64,000 nucleotides of DNA from Verrucomicrobiota bacterium (GCA_033762115.1 JANRLX010000134.1:32001-96000), one strand, 5' to 3'; counted from the first letter of the stretch, positions 19,008-29,198 are shown. Made by a program: numbers and translations. The notes: generated by a model not told the origin, from the sequence alone.

Positions 19008-21236
19008 CTAAAAATTAAAGTTGGCGGTTAATACAGCCGAACGACCTGCGCCAGGAACGGCATGCCCTCCTCCCACACGGTCGATGTACTCACGGTCCGC
19101 AAGGTTATAGATATTTAATCGCAAGCTGATGGCGTCGCTTACCTGATAGCCAAGCATGGCGTCAAACAGCACATAACCGGGCGCTTTCCGGTTGTTGGCA
19201 TTGCTGCTGTATCGGCTGCCAACATATTGAGCGCCAATGCCGATTTCCAGATCCAACGGGAGCTGATAGGTAGTCCATAAATTCGCACTGTGCCGTGGGG
19301 TGTTGTTGACCTCCTTGCCTATTTCAGCAGGATCCCTGGATTCGAGAATTTCGCTGTCAATATAGGCGTAGCCAGCAAAAATCGCCCACTCTTTGGTCAG
19401 GTTTCCCTGAACACCAAACTCAACTCCCTGCGACCGTTGCTCTCCTTCAAGCACAATGAAATCATTTGGATCAACGGGGTCCTGGGTCCGGGCATTGGTT
19501 TTGTCTATGCGGAACAAAGCTGTGGTGATCGCGAGCCGATGATCGAAGAAATCCCATTTTGTCCCGATCTCGAAGGAACGATTTTCCTCAGGATCGATCC
19601 CGACGTTGTTTGCGGCTGTTGCACCGGTGGAAAGGGTCAACCCTTCCGCGCTTGGGTTGAAGGAGGTGCCGTAACCGGCATAAATGCTGCCATTGGAGGT
19701 GGGTTTGTAAACCAGTCCTCCGCGGAAGCTGAACATATCATCCTGGCGTTCCAGGGCGGTCTCAGCGTTGGCTGGATTTGTTCCGAGGAACTCCACATCG
19801 AAATGGTCGTAACGCGCCCCGCCGCTCACTTCCCACTGCTCACCGATTTTCAGGGTATCAAAAGCAAAGAGAGCGGCGGAAATTGCATCCACATCGGTCC
19901 GACCGTTTGAGACGAGGGTGCCGGTATAGGGCTGGTTCGGGTCAGGATTGAAAACATCCGCGAGGGGAGTGACAGGCCCGGTCCTCAAATTGTTGACGGA
20001 GCTTTCCTTGATCAGTTCAAATCCGGTGACCACGGCATGGCCGACAGGGCCTGTTTCGAAGTCAATATTAATGTCGGTGGTGGTGGCAAGACTGGTGTCC
20101 ACCTGGTCCCGTGATTGCACCTGCCGATTGATTGCTGTGCCGAACTGATTTCCGGGAATCCCGGGATCATCCGCAAACCGGGGCGCGGTGATTATGGAAT
20201 CGCGTGACGTGTAACCGTAACGGGAAATGTTCCTGAGGCGGAGAGAATCCGAAAAATCATGCTCCAGTCGCAAGCTGGGAATGGCTGTGGTGACTTCCTC
20301 ATAATCACGATCGCGCAATCCATAAAAAGTGCTGTGGGAGACTGGCGCCAGCTTGTCTGTATAAGAAGCGAGATAGGAATTGGTGTTTCCCGCGGCGACC
20401 CAGGGGATTCCGTAATCGGGAAGGTTGTCCTGTTCCAGGTGAAAGTAGCTGAAAATGACCCGAGTCGATGTCCCGAGGCCAAACCCGACAGCAGGGGCAA
20501 ATCCGAGGCGTTCATTCTCCACAATTTCCCTGCCGGGTTGATCGTTGTGATGGATTAATCCATTAAAGCGAAGCGCTGTTCCGGGAACCAAGTCGTTCTT
20601 TACAGGCTGGTTGAAGTCAATTGTCAGGCGTTGATAATCATCCGTTCCGATCCCAATCGAACCATCATAGAATGGAGTCAATCGAGGTGTTTTGGAAACC
20701 ATGTTGATTGATCCGCCGGTGGAACCACGTCCTGCGTTGGCGCTGGAAGGACCTTTGACAACCTCGACCTGTTCGAGGTTGAACGGATCACGCGAATAGC
20801 CCCCGAAATCGCGGATGTTATCGATGAAAACGTCAGTCCGGGCATTGAAGCCTCGAATGGAAAGATTATCCCCGGCAGGCACGCCTCCTTCACCTGCCTG
20901 CATGCTGATCCCGGGGACGTTGCGCAACACATCGCGCAGGCTGGTGGCGTTCTGTTCCTGAATGACAGCTTGCGGGACCACGGTAATTGTTTGAGGGATG
21001 TTGCGAAGCGGTTCAGTGAAGCGGGGGGAATCCACAGTCTCCGGCTTATGGTTGCTTCGCTGTCCGCGAACGACGACTTCGGGAAGCGCGACCGGGTTGT
21101 TGGTGGAGGCATCCGCAGGTTTGCTGGAACTAGATTGTGCATTCGTCGAAATGGCCACTCCCTGAGCCATGATCAGCGCTGTCAACGCTGAAGCCACTTT
21201 GTCCAACCGCCCCTGATTTTGCTTTTTCCGTGTCAT
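19008..21236 (-). CDS. fiu: TonB-dependent siderophore receptor (Fiu/PiuA-like)
   Basis: TonB box LPEVVV, plug [31 protein letters not shown]-terminal FNF; adjacent to piuC. ATG 21236 preferred over 21290. Confidence 0.9.
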   Translation of the reverse strand: MTRKKQNQGRLDKVASALTALIMAQGVAISTNAQSSSSKPADASTNNPVALPEVVVRGQRSNHKPETVDSPRFTEPLRNIPQTITVVPQAVIQEQNATSLRDVLRNVPGISMQAGEGGVPAGDNLSIRGFNARTDVFIDNIRDFGGYSRDPFNLEQVEVVKGPSSANAGRGSTGGSINMVSKTPRLTPFYDGSIGIGTDDYQRLTIDFNQPVKNDLVPGTALRFNGLIHHNDQPGREIVENERLGFAPAVGFGLGTSTRVIFSYFHLEQDNLPDYGIPWVAAGNTNSYLASYTDKLAPVSHSTFYGLRDRDYEEVTTAIPSLRLEHDFSDSLRLRNISRYGYTSRDSIITAPRFADDPGIPGNQFGTAINRQVQSRDQVDTSLATTTDINIDFETGPVGHAVVTGFELIKESSVNNLRTGPVTPLADVFNPDPNQPYTGTLVSNGRTDVDAISAALFAFDTLKIGEQWEVSGGARYDHFDVEFLGTNPANAETALERQDDMFSFRGGLVYKPTSNGSIYAGYGTSFNPSAEGLTLSTGATAANNVGIDPEENRSFEIGTKWDFFDHRLAITTALFRIDKTNARTQDPVDPNDFIVLEGEQRSQGVEFGVQGNLTKEWAIFAGYAYIDSEILESRDPAEIGKEVNNTPRHSANLWTTYQLPLDLEIGIGAQYVGSRYSSNANNRKAPGYVLFDAMLGYQVSDAISLRLNIYNLADREYIDRVGGGHAVPGAGRSAVLTANFNF

Positions 21237-21269
21237 TCGGGAGCGGAAATTATCGGAAAGCGTGAAGCA

Positions 21270-21308
21270 GCGCTTGCGGGCGATTGCCATTTCCTATCGA
21301 CAACTTGC
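21270..21308 (-). promoter_or_regulatory. 39-bp element shared with the tonB upstream region
   Basis: GCAAGTTGTCGATAGGAAATGGCAATCGCCCGCAAGCGC matches 17117-17155 at 28/39 positions without gaps. Confidence 0.65.
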
Positions 21309-21321
21309 CAAAAAAAGAAAT

Positions 21322-22089
21322 TTACTTGCTGATGCCGCGCTCGCTGCTGCGGGTGAATTCGACCAGATGAATGATTTCGGGCAATTTCGGCAGTTCCGCC
21401 TCGATTTTTGCGAGCGCGTTTGAGATGGTGAGACGTTCCCGAAAGAGAATTCGATAGGCCTGCTTGAGCGCCGACTGGGCTTCTTCACTGACCCCATTTC
21501 GTTCCAGGCCGATTTTATTGATCGTGCGGGTTTCAGCGGGGTTGCCATCCGCAAGCATAAATGGCGGGACATCCTGCACCACCTTTGAGCAGCCGCCGAT
21601 GATGGAAAATTTCCCGATCCGACAGAACTGGTGGATCGCTGCCAATCCGCCTATCACTGCATGGTCTTCAACTGTGACATGCCCGGCCAGAGTGGCCACG
21701 TTGGACATGATCACGCGGTTTCCCAAAGTGACGTTATGGGCCACGTGACAATAAGCCAGGATGTGATTATGAGAACCGACCGTGGTGACTTCGCCATCAC
21801 TGGTGGCGGAATGGATGGTCACATATTCCCGGAAAGTATTGAAGCTGCCGATTTCTGTCCGGGTAATCCCGCCCTTCCATTTCAGGTCCTGGGTTTTCAG
21901 CCCGATGCTGGCGAATGGAAAAATTTCATTTCCTTCACCCAGCCGGGTATGGCCATCAATGACAATATGTGAGTGCAACCGGCAACCTGCGCCAAGCTCC
22001 ACATGCTCGCCAATAACACAATAAGGCCCGATCTCGCAACTTGCGGGCACTTTCGCATTTGGATGGATGACAGCGGTGGGGTGGATCAT
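21322..22089 (-). CDS. lpxA: UDP-N-acetylglucosamine acyltransferase
   Basis: MIHPTAVIHP, hexapeptide repeats, QDLK, FREYVTIH, HVAHN, IHQFCRIG; ATG 22089. Confidence 0.97.
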   Translation of the reverse strand: MIHPTAVIHPNAKVPASCEIGPYCVIGEHVELGAGCRLHSHIVIDGHTRLGEGNEIFPFASIGLKTQDLKWKGGITRTEIGSFNTFREYVTIHSATSDGEVTTVGSHNHILAYCHVAHNVTLGNRVIMSNVATLAGHVTVEDHAVIGGLAAIHQFCRIGKFSIIGGCSKVVQDVPPFMLADGNPAETRTINKIGLERNGVSEEAQSALKQAYRILFRERLTISNALAKIEAELPKLPEIIHLVEFTRSSERGISK

Positions 22090-22093
22090 TTTC

Positions 22094-23455
22094 TTAGGCA
22101 TCCATGAGCACAAACGCCACTTCGGCTTCGCTCACCACTGTTCCGCTGACTGAGCAGACACCTTTGGCCTTACCCAGTTTCCCGCGCACTTTTGTCAGTT
22201 CGATATCAATCGTCAATACATCGCCGGGTCGGACCGGGTTGCGCCATTTGACACTTTCAGCGGACATGAAATAGGCAATTTTTCCCATGTTTTCCAATCG
22301 TTTGAGCATCAGGATACCGGCAACCTGGGCCATCGCCTCAAGTTGCAACACGCCGGGCATGATTGGGTGGCCGGGAAAATGACCCTGAAAATAATTTTCA
22401 TTGATTGAAACATTCTTGATTGCGGTGATTTTGTTTCCATCAATTTTTGTCACCCTATCCACCATCAAAAAGGGAAACCGATGCGGAAGCACTTTCATCA
22501 CTTCCATTACATCCATCCCGGTCCCTGAATCCGGTGCGGTCCCGGAGACTTCTTCGGATAAGGAGGGCGCGTCCGATTTCATTGGGCTGGGGGGAGGAGT
22601 GAAGGCCTGGGAAGCGACCAGTGGTTTGCGGGCCTGGGCGCTGATCTGCCTCGCCAGGTCGCAATTGGCCGAATGACTTGGTTTTATGGCAACGATGTGC
22701 CCTGACAACGGTTTTCCGAGGAGGGCAAGGTCCCCCACAATATCGAGGATTTTGTGTCGAACAAATTCCTCCTGATAACGAAGTGGTTCGTTTGTCAGAA
22801 TGGCATCTTCCCGGATCACGACCGCATTTTCGAGGCTGCCCCCTTTGATCAATCCATTTTTGATCAGGTATTCGATTTCTTCAAAAAAACAGAAAGTCCG
22901 AGCTGCGCTGAGTTCACGTTCCCAGCTTTCCGGCGTGACCTCCAGGCTGAAAAACTGGGTGAATCGTCCGTTCCGGTCCGAACTTGTGCAGCTGATTTTG
23001 AAACCATCGTGCGGAAAAATAGAAATGCTGGTGTCACCGGCTTTGATTTCGAGAGGAGTGGGAATCCTGATGGATTCACGCCGTTCTGCCTGGGGAACAA
23101 TCCCGGCCTGCCGGACCAGCCGTGTGTATTCACGGGCGCTGCCATCGGCAATGGGCGGTTCGTTGGCATCCAGCTCCACAATCGCATTGTCCACCCCCAT
23201 CCCGGCAAAGGTTGAGAGGACATGCTCCACGGTATGCACCCGCACATTTCCTCTTGCCAACGTGGTCGAACGGTTTGTTTCACTGACATTTTCGATTTTC
23301 GCTTCAATCTCCGGTTTCCCTTCCAGGTCGATACGGCGGAAGCGAATCCCGCTGTTTGGTGCGGCGGGAAGAAATGTCATGTTCACCCGGTTGCCGCTAT
23401 GCAGCCCCACTCCGGAATAACTGACAGCTTCCTTCAATGTCTGTTGTTGCAACAC
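22094..23455 (-). CDS. lpxC: Bifunctional LpxC deacetylase / FabZ dehydratase
   Basis: GVGLHSG, TVEH, ARTF, HKILD (LpxC) followed by LPHRFPFLMVDRV, GHFPGHPIMPGVLQLEAMAQ (FabZ); GTG at 23455. Confidence 0.96.
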   Translation of the reverse strand: MLQQQTLKEAVSYSGVGLHSGNRVNMTFLPAAPNSGIRFRRIDLEGKPEIEAKIENVSETNRSTTLARGNVRVHTVEHVLSTFAGMGVDNAIVELDANEPPIADGSAREYTRLVRQAGIVPQAERRESIRIPTPLEIKAGDTSISIFPHDGFKISCTSSDRNGRFTQFFSLEVTPESWERELSAARTFCFFEEIEYLIKNGLIKGGSLENAVVIREDAILTNEPLRYQEEFVRHKILDIVGDLALLGKPLSGHIVAIKPSHSANCDLARQISAQARKPLVASQAFTPPPSPMKSDAPSLSEEVSGTAPDSGTGMDVMEVMKVLPHRFPFLMVDRVTKIDGNKITAIKNVSINENYFQGHFPGHPIMPGVLQLEAMAQVAGILMLKRLENMGKIAYFMSAESVKWRNPVRPGDVLTIDIELTKVRGKLGKAKGVCSVSGTVVSEAEVAFVLMDA

Positions 23456-23532
23456 GGGGCAGAGTAAACAAAACCGTCCCCCCCTTGGCAAGAAAGGGAA
23501 ATGTCGCTTATTGCCCGCGAAACAGGCTCAAA

Positions 23533-25827
23533 TCATGGACGTTCCACGATTTTGAAGAATTGCAGGGCAGGGGAGGTGGATGAAATGAAAAATTCCGTCT
23601 CAGGAAAATTTCCCTCCATCACATGAATTAATCCGAGGTTTTCTACATCGGTTCCCGCGTGGATTTCGTAAGTTTTTGCATTCACCCCCGGCCAGCTCAA
23701 CCGGATCCGGGTGGAACTCCAGCGATCCACCCCCACGCGCAAAGGAAACCCACGTACTCGTGGATCGGTTCCCAGGATCTGCTCCCGCGCATTCCGGTAA
23801 CCGTCTGAATCAGAATCCTCGGCAGCAGTTTTCAGCAGGTCGCCAAAATAGGTGAGTTCCCAGGTATCATCCAGTCCATCATGATCTGTGTCCGTGATCG
23901 GCACTCCCTGGATCAACAGGTCCACTCCCTTGACACTCCCCTGGTTATTGAAGATTTGATCGCTCACCAGCACTTTCCATTCTCCGGCGCTGGATTCATA
24001 AAAATGGTGAGTCGAGTAATAGGTCCAATTTGTCGGGCCAGCCGCGTTGTCAGTATTGATTGCCTGCAAAACACTTTTTGTTCCAGTCGGACTGATCAGT
24101 ACCACACGCAAGTCCCCCCTGCGAGGATGCTCCGTCCTGATGCGGACTCCCACGTGCTCGGTCAGGAGGGTTTCAGTAATATTAAAGGCATAGCTGGCCG
24201 CGTCCGTCCTTAACTGCACAGTCAACGACGCTCCGCTCTCAATCAAATTACTCAGGGTAAGGCCATCATTTTGCCCGAGGAACACGGCAGGAATGCCGAT
24301 CGTCTCGGTATAACGCATGGTTTCCAGGGTTGTCCCGCCTGAATTGTTTGCGAGGATTGCAAATTCCGCACTGGCGCGCTGGACGTTTTCAAGCTTTCGC
24401 AAAAAAGGGCCTCCGCCACGAAACAGCAGCGCACCCTTTCCTGTCAGGTCCTGGGAGGGAGTGTTTGTCGCGAGCCCTACATTGACGATTGGCAGGTAAC
24501 CTGTTGGAAGGTCTGCATTTTCACCCAGGCTGGCCCGCGCAATCCAGGAATAATTATTGGTCGCAATTCCGGAAACTACCCTTGCTTCCACGCGCAATCC
24601 CGCATCCTGCAAGGTCAACGTTTGTGTGCTGCTCTGTTCAATCCACACCGCCGCCGGGCGATTCGACCATGCAAGCGCCGTCCAGATGGCCCAGCCGGCA
24701 TCAGGCACACCGAACCCAACGGTATGACTTTTCAGATAACCCGCTGCATTGCGCGTGGCCGTGGCATCCTCGTCATCGTAATGGAGGCTTGAGTTGATCA
24801 ATACCTGCTGAACATCGCGGTAGGTCAACCCGGGATTTGCCGCCAGGATCAATGCGCAAAGGCCGGAAATTTCCGCCGTTGCCGCGGAAGTGCCGGCATC
24901 CCAAAGCGTGGCGTAAGTGTAATCTGCGGAATCATCTTCAAAATTAACGTAATTAAAACCGTCCGTTCCGGTCAGGTCAGTGCTGATGAGATTGGTATAA
25001 AAGGCAAACTCGTTGATATTATCACCACTTGGTGCTGCCACAAGAATAGCCGCGCCCGGATTGCTGTAACTTGTGGAGCGGCCGCTGTAATTGACTGCGC
25101 CCACCGCAATCGCCCGCGGATCCGAGATGTAAGCATCGTCGTTGGCATTGCGCCCATCCTGTCGCGCATTTCCGGAGGCCCTGACCATGATCACTCCCTT
25201 GCCGCCGCGGCCAGCCGTCACCGCATTTGAAATGGCCAAATCTTCTGCCGGACTGACTGCGGTCAAGCCAGCCACTGGAGGGGTCCAGCTATGATTCTGG
25301 ATTTGAACATCCTGGATTTTGTACTGAAACATTTCCGCCAGGGCGGCGCGGCTCACAAAAGCAGGAGGAAAATTGGTTGTAAAAATCACCCAGCTTGCCA
25401 TCCCGGCCTCGGGAGCGACGCCGGAAATGCCCCGTTCATTATTTTGAGTGGCCGCTGCAAGGCCCGCCATGGCTGTGCCATGCGCGCCATCAGACCGGGC
25501 GCTCACAGGATTGCCATTCGTTGTTCCCACATCAAAATTAAAGTGGGGTCCGGTCATCCGTTCTGCGAGCTCAGGATGAGAAAGTTCAACCCCGGTATCC
25601 ACAATCGCAATCGTCACTCCAGCACCCCTAGTATAACCCCAGGCGCCACGAACGTTCAGGTCCGCTCCGAGTCGGATTCCATTGAGGTCACGGTTTTCCA
25701 TGTTCCATTGGATGTCCCATGCCCGGTCGTTGGGAGCGGGTGAATACGGCAGACGCGGATTAATTTCCGCAGCATCAGAAACAAGACCCCAGGCAAAGAA
25801 AACGACAAACCACCCAAAGCGTGACAT
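23533..25827 (-). CDS. Secreted kexin/furin-like S8 protease with PA, P-proprotein and Ca-binding repeat domains
   Basis: Triad IVDTG / HGTAMAG / GTSAAT, oxyanion SGN; PA-like GKGALLFRGG; P-domain HPRRGDLRVVLISPTG..GEW; DTDHDGLDDTWE repeat. Confidence 0.9.
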   Translation of the reverse strand: MSRFGWFVVFFAWGLVSDAAEINPRLPYSPAPNDRAWDIQWNMENRDLNGIRLGADLNVRGAWGYTRGAGVTIAIVDTGVELSHPELAERMTGPHFNFDVGTTNGNPVSARSDGAHGTAMAGLAAATQNNERGISGVAPEAGMASWVIFTTNFPPAFVSRAALAEMFQYKIQDVQIQNHSWTPPVAGLTAVSPAEDLAISNAVTAGRGGKGVIMVRASGNARQDGRNANDDAYISDPRAIAVGAVNYSGRSTSYSNPGAAILVAAPSGDNINEFAFYTNLISTDLTGTDGFNYVNFEDDSADYTYATLWDAGTSAATAEISGLCALILAANPGLTYRDVQQVLINSSLHYDDEDATATRNAAGYLKSHTVGFGVPDAGWAIWTALAWSNRPAAVWIEQSSTQTLTLQDAGLRVEARVVSGIATNNYSWIARASLGENADLPTGYLPIVNVGLATNTPSQDLTGKGALLFRGGGPFLRKLENVQRASAEFAILANNSGGTTLETMRYTETIGIPAVFLGQNDGLTLSNLIESGASLTVQLRTDAASYAFNITETLLTEHVGVRIRTEHPRRGDLRVVLISPTGTKSVLQAINTDNAAGPTNWTYYSTHHFYESSAGEWKVLVSDQIFNNQGSVKGVDLLIQGVPITDTDHDGLDDTWELTYFGDLLKTAAEDSDSDGYRNAREQILGTDPRVRGFPLRVGVDRWSSTRIRLSWPGVNAKTYEIHAGTDVENLGLIHVMEGNFPETEFFISSTSPALQFFKIVERP

Positions 25828-25890
25828 ACGCAAATTATACCTTATTCCTTTACCCGCACAACCCGGACTGCGGCGAACGTTTCAAAAGTC

Positions 25891-26073
25891 TCAAAACATC
25901 GGCCTCGTTTGCATCAGGTAAAGAAGAAAACCGAAAATCGCGGAAATGATCAGGCCAGCAATGATCGACCAGCGAAACACCTGAGCATGCCGCTGGCGAT
26001 TCGCCCTTCCCATGCCGGGCAGTAGGTAATAGCGATGCTCCTCACCGTTTTTATTTTTCGGCGGGCCAAACAA
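25891..26073 (-). CDS. Small single-TM membrane protein (60 aa)
   Basis: Fills the gap between arsS and the protease on the same strand; AGGA before TTG; basic N-terminus plus one clear TM helix. Confidence 0.6.
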   Translation of the reverse strand: MFGPPKNKNGEEHRYYLLPGMGRANRQRHAQVFRWSIIAGLIISAIFGFLLYLMQTRPMF

Positions 26074-26171
26074 CGATCCTAAAGGCCCGAGGGCGCGACG
26101 TTTTGGAGATTTCGATGCGATTGATAAATTTTAACAAAACAGCTCTGAAAATCAAAAAAAATCCAAAAGGA

Positions 26172-27116
26172 TTATATCAAGGCTCCGCCACAACTGCTCC
26201 CTGCACCAGCTGTGCAGGCGAAGCAATGAGAACCAGTTCGCACCGGATAATGACTCAAGATTTCGGGTGTTACATCCCACAGGTACAGGCTTTTACCATT
26301 GCGGATTTGCAGCCCAAGCATCTGGTTGAAGTCGCAATCGTAAATTGCGCCGTTGAAATCAACACTCAATGTATTTCTGCACATCAGCCCTGGGATTGTC
26401 GCAGGGTTAAAAGCATCCATTAACAATTGGTGGTAAGCCTCAAACTGACCGGACTTTTTCAAATCCTCCGCGAATCGGGCAATCGGTTGATTCGTGATTG
26501 TCAGGAGCCGGTTAAAGATGATCCCATATTCCCGTCCCAAGTGTTCCCGATAATCAGCTTCCAACTCTGCCTGGGGAGGTGGCAATTTCGCTCCGAGGGG
26601 ATTGTAGACGAGGTCCAGAGGCAGCCGGTTCCCGTATCCCACCTGGTTTAGTTTTTTAATTGCTCGGATGCTGCGTTCAAAAACACCGTTTCCCCGCTGT
26701 TTAGTGACATTTTCCGGGGAGTAACAAGGCAGGGAGGCGACAATTTCCACTTCGTTTTCTGCGAGGTAGTGATGAAATGCTTCGAAACCGGGCTCTTCGA
26801 GGATTGTGAGATTACACCGGTCAATCACCCTGGCTCCATTTTTCCGCGCTGCCTCCAACAATGGTTTGAACGCTTCGTTTAACTCAGGGGCGCCTCCGGT
26901 AATATCCACCAGTGAAGGGTTCCATCGTTTAATCCATTCGATTATTTTTGCGGCGACTTCCATGCCCATCATTTCCGTTCGCCAGGGCGCAGCATCGACA
27001 TGGCAATGGCGGCATGCCTGATTGCATTTTCGTCCAAGATTTAATTGAAGAATTTCGAATTCTCCCCGCTGAAGGACCAATCCTTCCTTAGCCAACCGTT
27101 GCTCGAATGAATTCAT
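26172..27116 (-). CDS. arsS: ArsS-like radical SAM protein (DUF3641 / Cys-rich C-terminus)
   Basis: CNQACRHCH, DITGGAPE, IDRCNLT, SLPCY, LMCR, YDCDFNQML, HCFACTAGAGSSCGG. Confidence 0.88.
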   Translation of the reverse strand: MNSFEQRLAKEGLVLQRGEFEILQLNLGRKCNQACRHCHVDAAPWRTEMMGMEVAAKIIEWIKRWNPSLVDITGGAPELNEAFKPLLEAARKNGARVIDRCNLTILEEPGFEAFHHYLAENEVEIVASLPCYSPENVTKQRGNGVFERSIRAIKKLNQVGYGNRLPLDLVYNPLGAKLPPPQAELEADYREHLGREYGIIFNRLLTITNQPIARFAEDLKKSGQFEAYHQLLMDAFNPATIPGLMCRNTLSVDFNGAIYDCDFNQMLGLQIRNGKSLYLWDVTPEILSHYPVRTGSHCFACTAGAGSSCGGALI

Positions 27117-27122
27117 CGTCTC

Positions 27123-28016
27123 TCAGCAACAGGTGGTTCCCTGGCAACACTCCCCGGTGCCAGTCAGGCTTAAATTGATTCCTTTATAGGCCCGCACTGT
27201 GACTGACCTAAATTCAATCCCGTTGACCACCCGCCACGGTTCTGACTGTCGGGCCACTACTGTAACCGTCTGAAAACCTGCGGATGCAAATGCTTTCAAA
27301 AAACTGTTTTCGGTCAGCGCACCCGAAATGCAACCACTCCACAGTTCCTTGTCCTTCTGCATGGCTTCAGGCACTTCAACACCTGCCACGATGTCGGAGA
27401 TCACCGCCCGGCCACCTTTGCGCAAGACTCGATGCAGTTCACTGAACAGTTGTTGCTTTTGTCCATGCTCGACCAGGTTTAAAACACAATTTGAAACGAC
27501 CACGTCAATTGAGTCGGACGGGATCAAGGGTCTGGTTCGGCGCAACTCACGCGCTCTTTCCTCTGCATTAAAAAAGGCTGTGGCATCGCTGATGGGATTG
27601 GCTGCCAGTTCCCGGCTGAATAATTCGACATCGAGGGCCAGGTCCTGAATGCGTCCTTTGCGGAATTCGACATTTGAAAAACCAACTCGCTCTGCCACCA
27701 GAGGTGCGGCTTTGCGAGCCACCTCAAGCATTTCATCAGTCATGTCCACACCAATTACATGACCCTTTGCCCCGACCACCTGGGCGGCAATGAAACAAAT
27801 TTTTCCGGTACCTGATCCCAGGTCCAAAACCACTTCCCCTTTTTCCAGGTATTTGGATGGATCACCGCAGCCATAGTCACGCTCGATCACTTCCGCAGGA
27901 ATGATCTCGAGGTAACGGCGATTATATTCCACAGGACAGCACAATGAGGCTTCCTGCTTGCCCGCTGCGGCTGCGTAACGTTCTTTGACCGCAGATTCCG
28001 TTGTCAAAGTGTTCAT
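27123..28016 (-). CDS. arsM: ArsM-like SAM-dependent methyltransferase
   Basis: LCCP, YGCGDP, VLDLGSGTG, GVDMT, VSNCVLNL, WSGCISGA, C-terminal CC..CC. Confidence 0.8.
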   Translation of the reverse strand: MNTLTTESAVKERYAAAAGKQEASLCCPVEYNRRYLEIIPAEVIERDYGCGDPSKYLEKGEVVLDLGSGTGKICFIAAQVVGAKGHVIGVDMTDEMLEVARKAAPLVAERVGFSNVEFRKGRIQDLALDVELFSRELAANPISDATAFFNAEERARELRRTRPLIPSDSIDVVVSNCVLNLVEHGQKQQLFSELHRVLRKGGRAVISDIVAGVEVPEAMQKDKELWSGCISGALTENSFLKAFASAGFQTVTVVARQSEPWRVVNGIEFRSVTVRAYKGINLSLTGTGECCQGTTCC

Positions 28017-28076
28017 CCGGCGAAGATAAACCTTGCCCCCATGGGTGCAAGGAGAACTGGATTTTGCCCAGTCGCT

Positions 28077-29198
28077 TCAGATTTTTAACCCCATCATCAG
28101 GATGATCAGGTCGATGATGAACAGCAGCACAATGGTTAACTCCAACACCAGCATCCAGCGGTTGGATTGGTCATGGTTGGCAATTTGGTAAAGCTGGTCG
28201 AGGGTCTTGAGTTTCTCATCGATGGTCTTGTGCCAATCGGCCAGATGAAAGCGCGAGGAAATATTATCGTAAATTTTTGCAAGGTACCAGTCCCCAAAAA
28301 ATTTGGTAATATTGACCAATTCATCACTAAATCGCGCGAGGTCGATCCGGATCTCCCTCAAATGATTCATCATGTCCCTCCGTTTGGACATGGAACGGGC
28401 CCGAAGGTCGCGATAAGATCGTTCCAGCGCCAGATCCAATATCCGGTCATAAGCTTCCAGTTCGGCCAATTGGAGATTTGCGATTTCCATGATGTAAAGG
28501 GTCTCGTGAAAATCACCTGGCTCGTCAATAATGAGTGCCGCGTCCCAATCCACCACCACCAGGTCAGTTCCGTAATAACTGAGATATTTTACGGTTGATT
28601 CATCCGCTTCCTGGTCTGAAAGCTGGGATGGGTCCCGTTCCTGCGTGAGCAATCCGGCCACTTCCCGGCGATGCTGGTGCAACCACTCCTCAGCTTGTAA
28701 GGTGGCGCCCTCTTCATCGACTACAGGCGCTTCGATGCAAAAAACCGTGTAGGCTTCCTCATCCGAGATTTCTGTAACCGGCTGAATCATATAAGGGGCC
28801 AGTTCCTTGCGAACCTCCTCTGCCAACCGGCGAATTTCTTCATTCAAAGCGCCGTTGCTGAACTCCAGATCATGATAAGCCACCAGCTCTCCGATTTCCT
28901 GAACCGTGAATGGGACCCTGACAGTGATGGAAATGGCCCCCATTGGCAGCAACTTGATGGTACGATCCACTCGGATCGGTCCAAAAGGCCCCATCCGTTC
29001 CGTTGCGGGCATACGCGCCATCAAGGGACGATAAAAAAACATGTGCCTTGGATTGCGTTTGCTGGAATCGAATGTGACCTGGATCAATTCCTGGCCCAAA
29101 AGTTTGGCCGGGACCTCTCCACCCATGTCATAGGCCAGGTCGTAGGCGTAATTATAGACTACCTGCCCTTTGTACTGACCTGCCCGTTGTGCTCCCAT
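28077..29198 (-). CDS. Hypothetical protein with helical body and one C-terminal TM helix (RMD1/DUF155-like)
   Basis: 373-aa ORF ending WMLVLELTIVLLFIIDLIILM; family call is by resemblance only. Confidence 0.65.
   Translation of the reverse strand: MGAQRAGQYKGQVVYNYAYDLAYDMGGEVPAKLLGQELIQVTFDSSKRNPRHMFFYRPLMARMPATERMGPFGPIRVDRTIKLLPMGAISITVRVPFTVQEIGELVAYHDLEFSNGALNEEIRRLAEEVRKELAPYMIQPVTEISDEEAYTVFCIEAPVVDEEGATLQAEEWLHQHRREVAGLLTQERDPSQLSDQEADESTVKYLSYYGTDLVVVDWDAALIIDEPGDFHETLYIMEIANLQLAELEAYDRILDLALERSYRDLRARSMSKRRDMMNHLREIRIDLARFSDELVNITKFFGDWYLAKIYDNISSRFHLADWHKTIDEKLKTLDQLYQIANHDQSNRWMLVLELTIVLLFIIDLIILMMGLKI

Noticed and set aside
22094..23455. LpxC-FabZ fusion as a novelty
   Set aside because: This fusion is already well known from Bacteroidota and other phyla.
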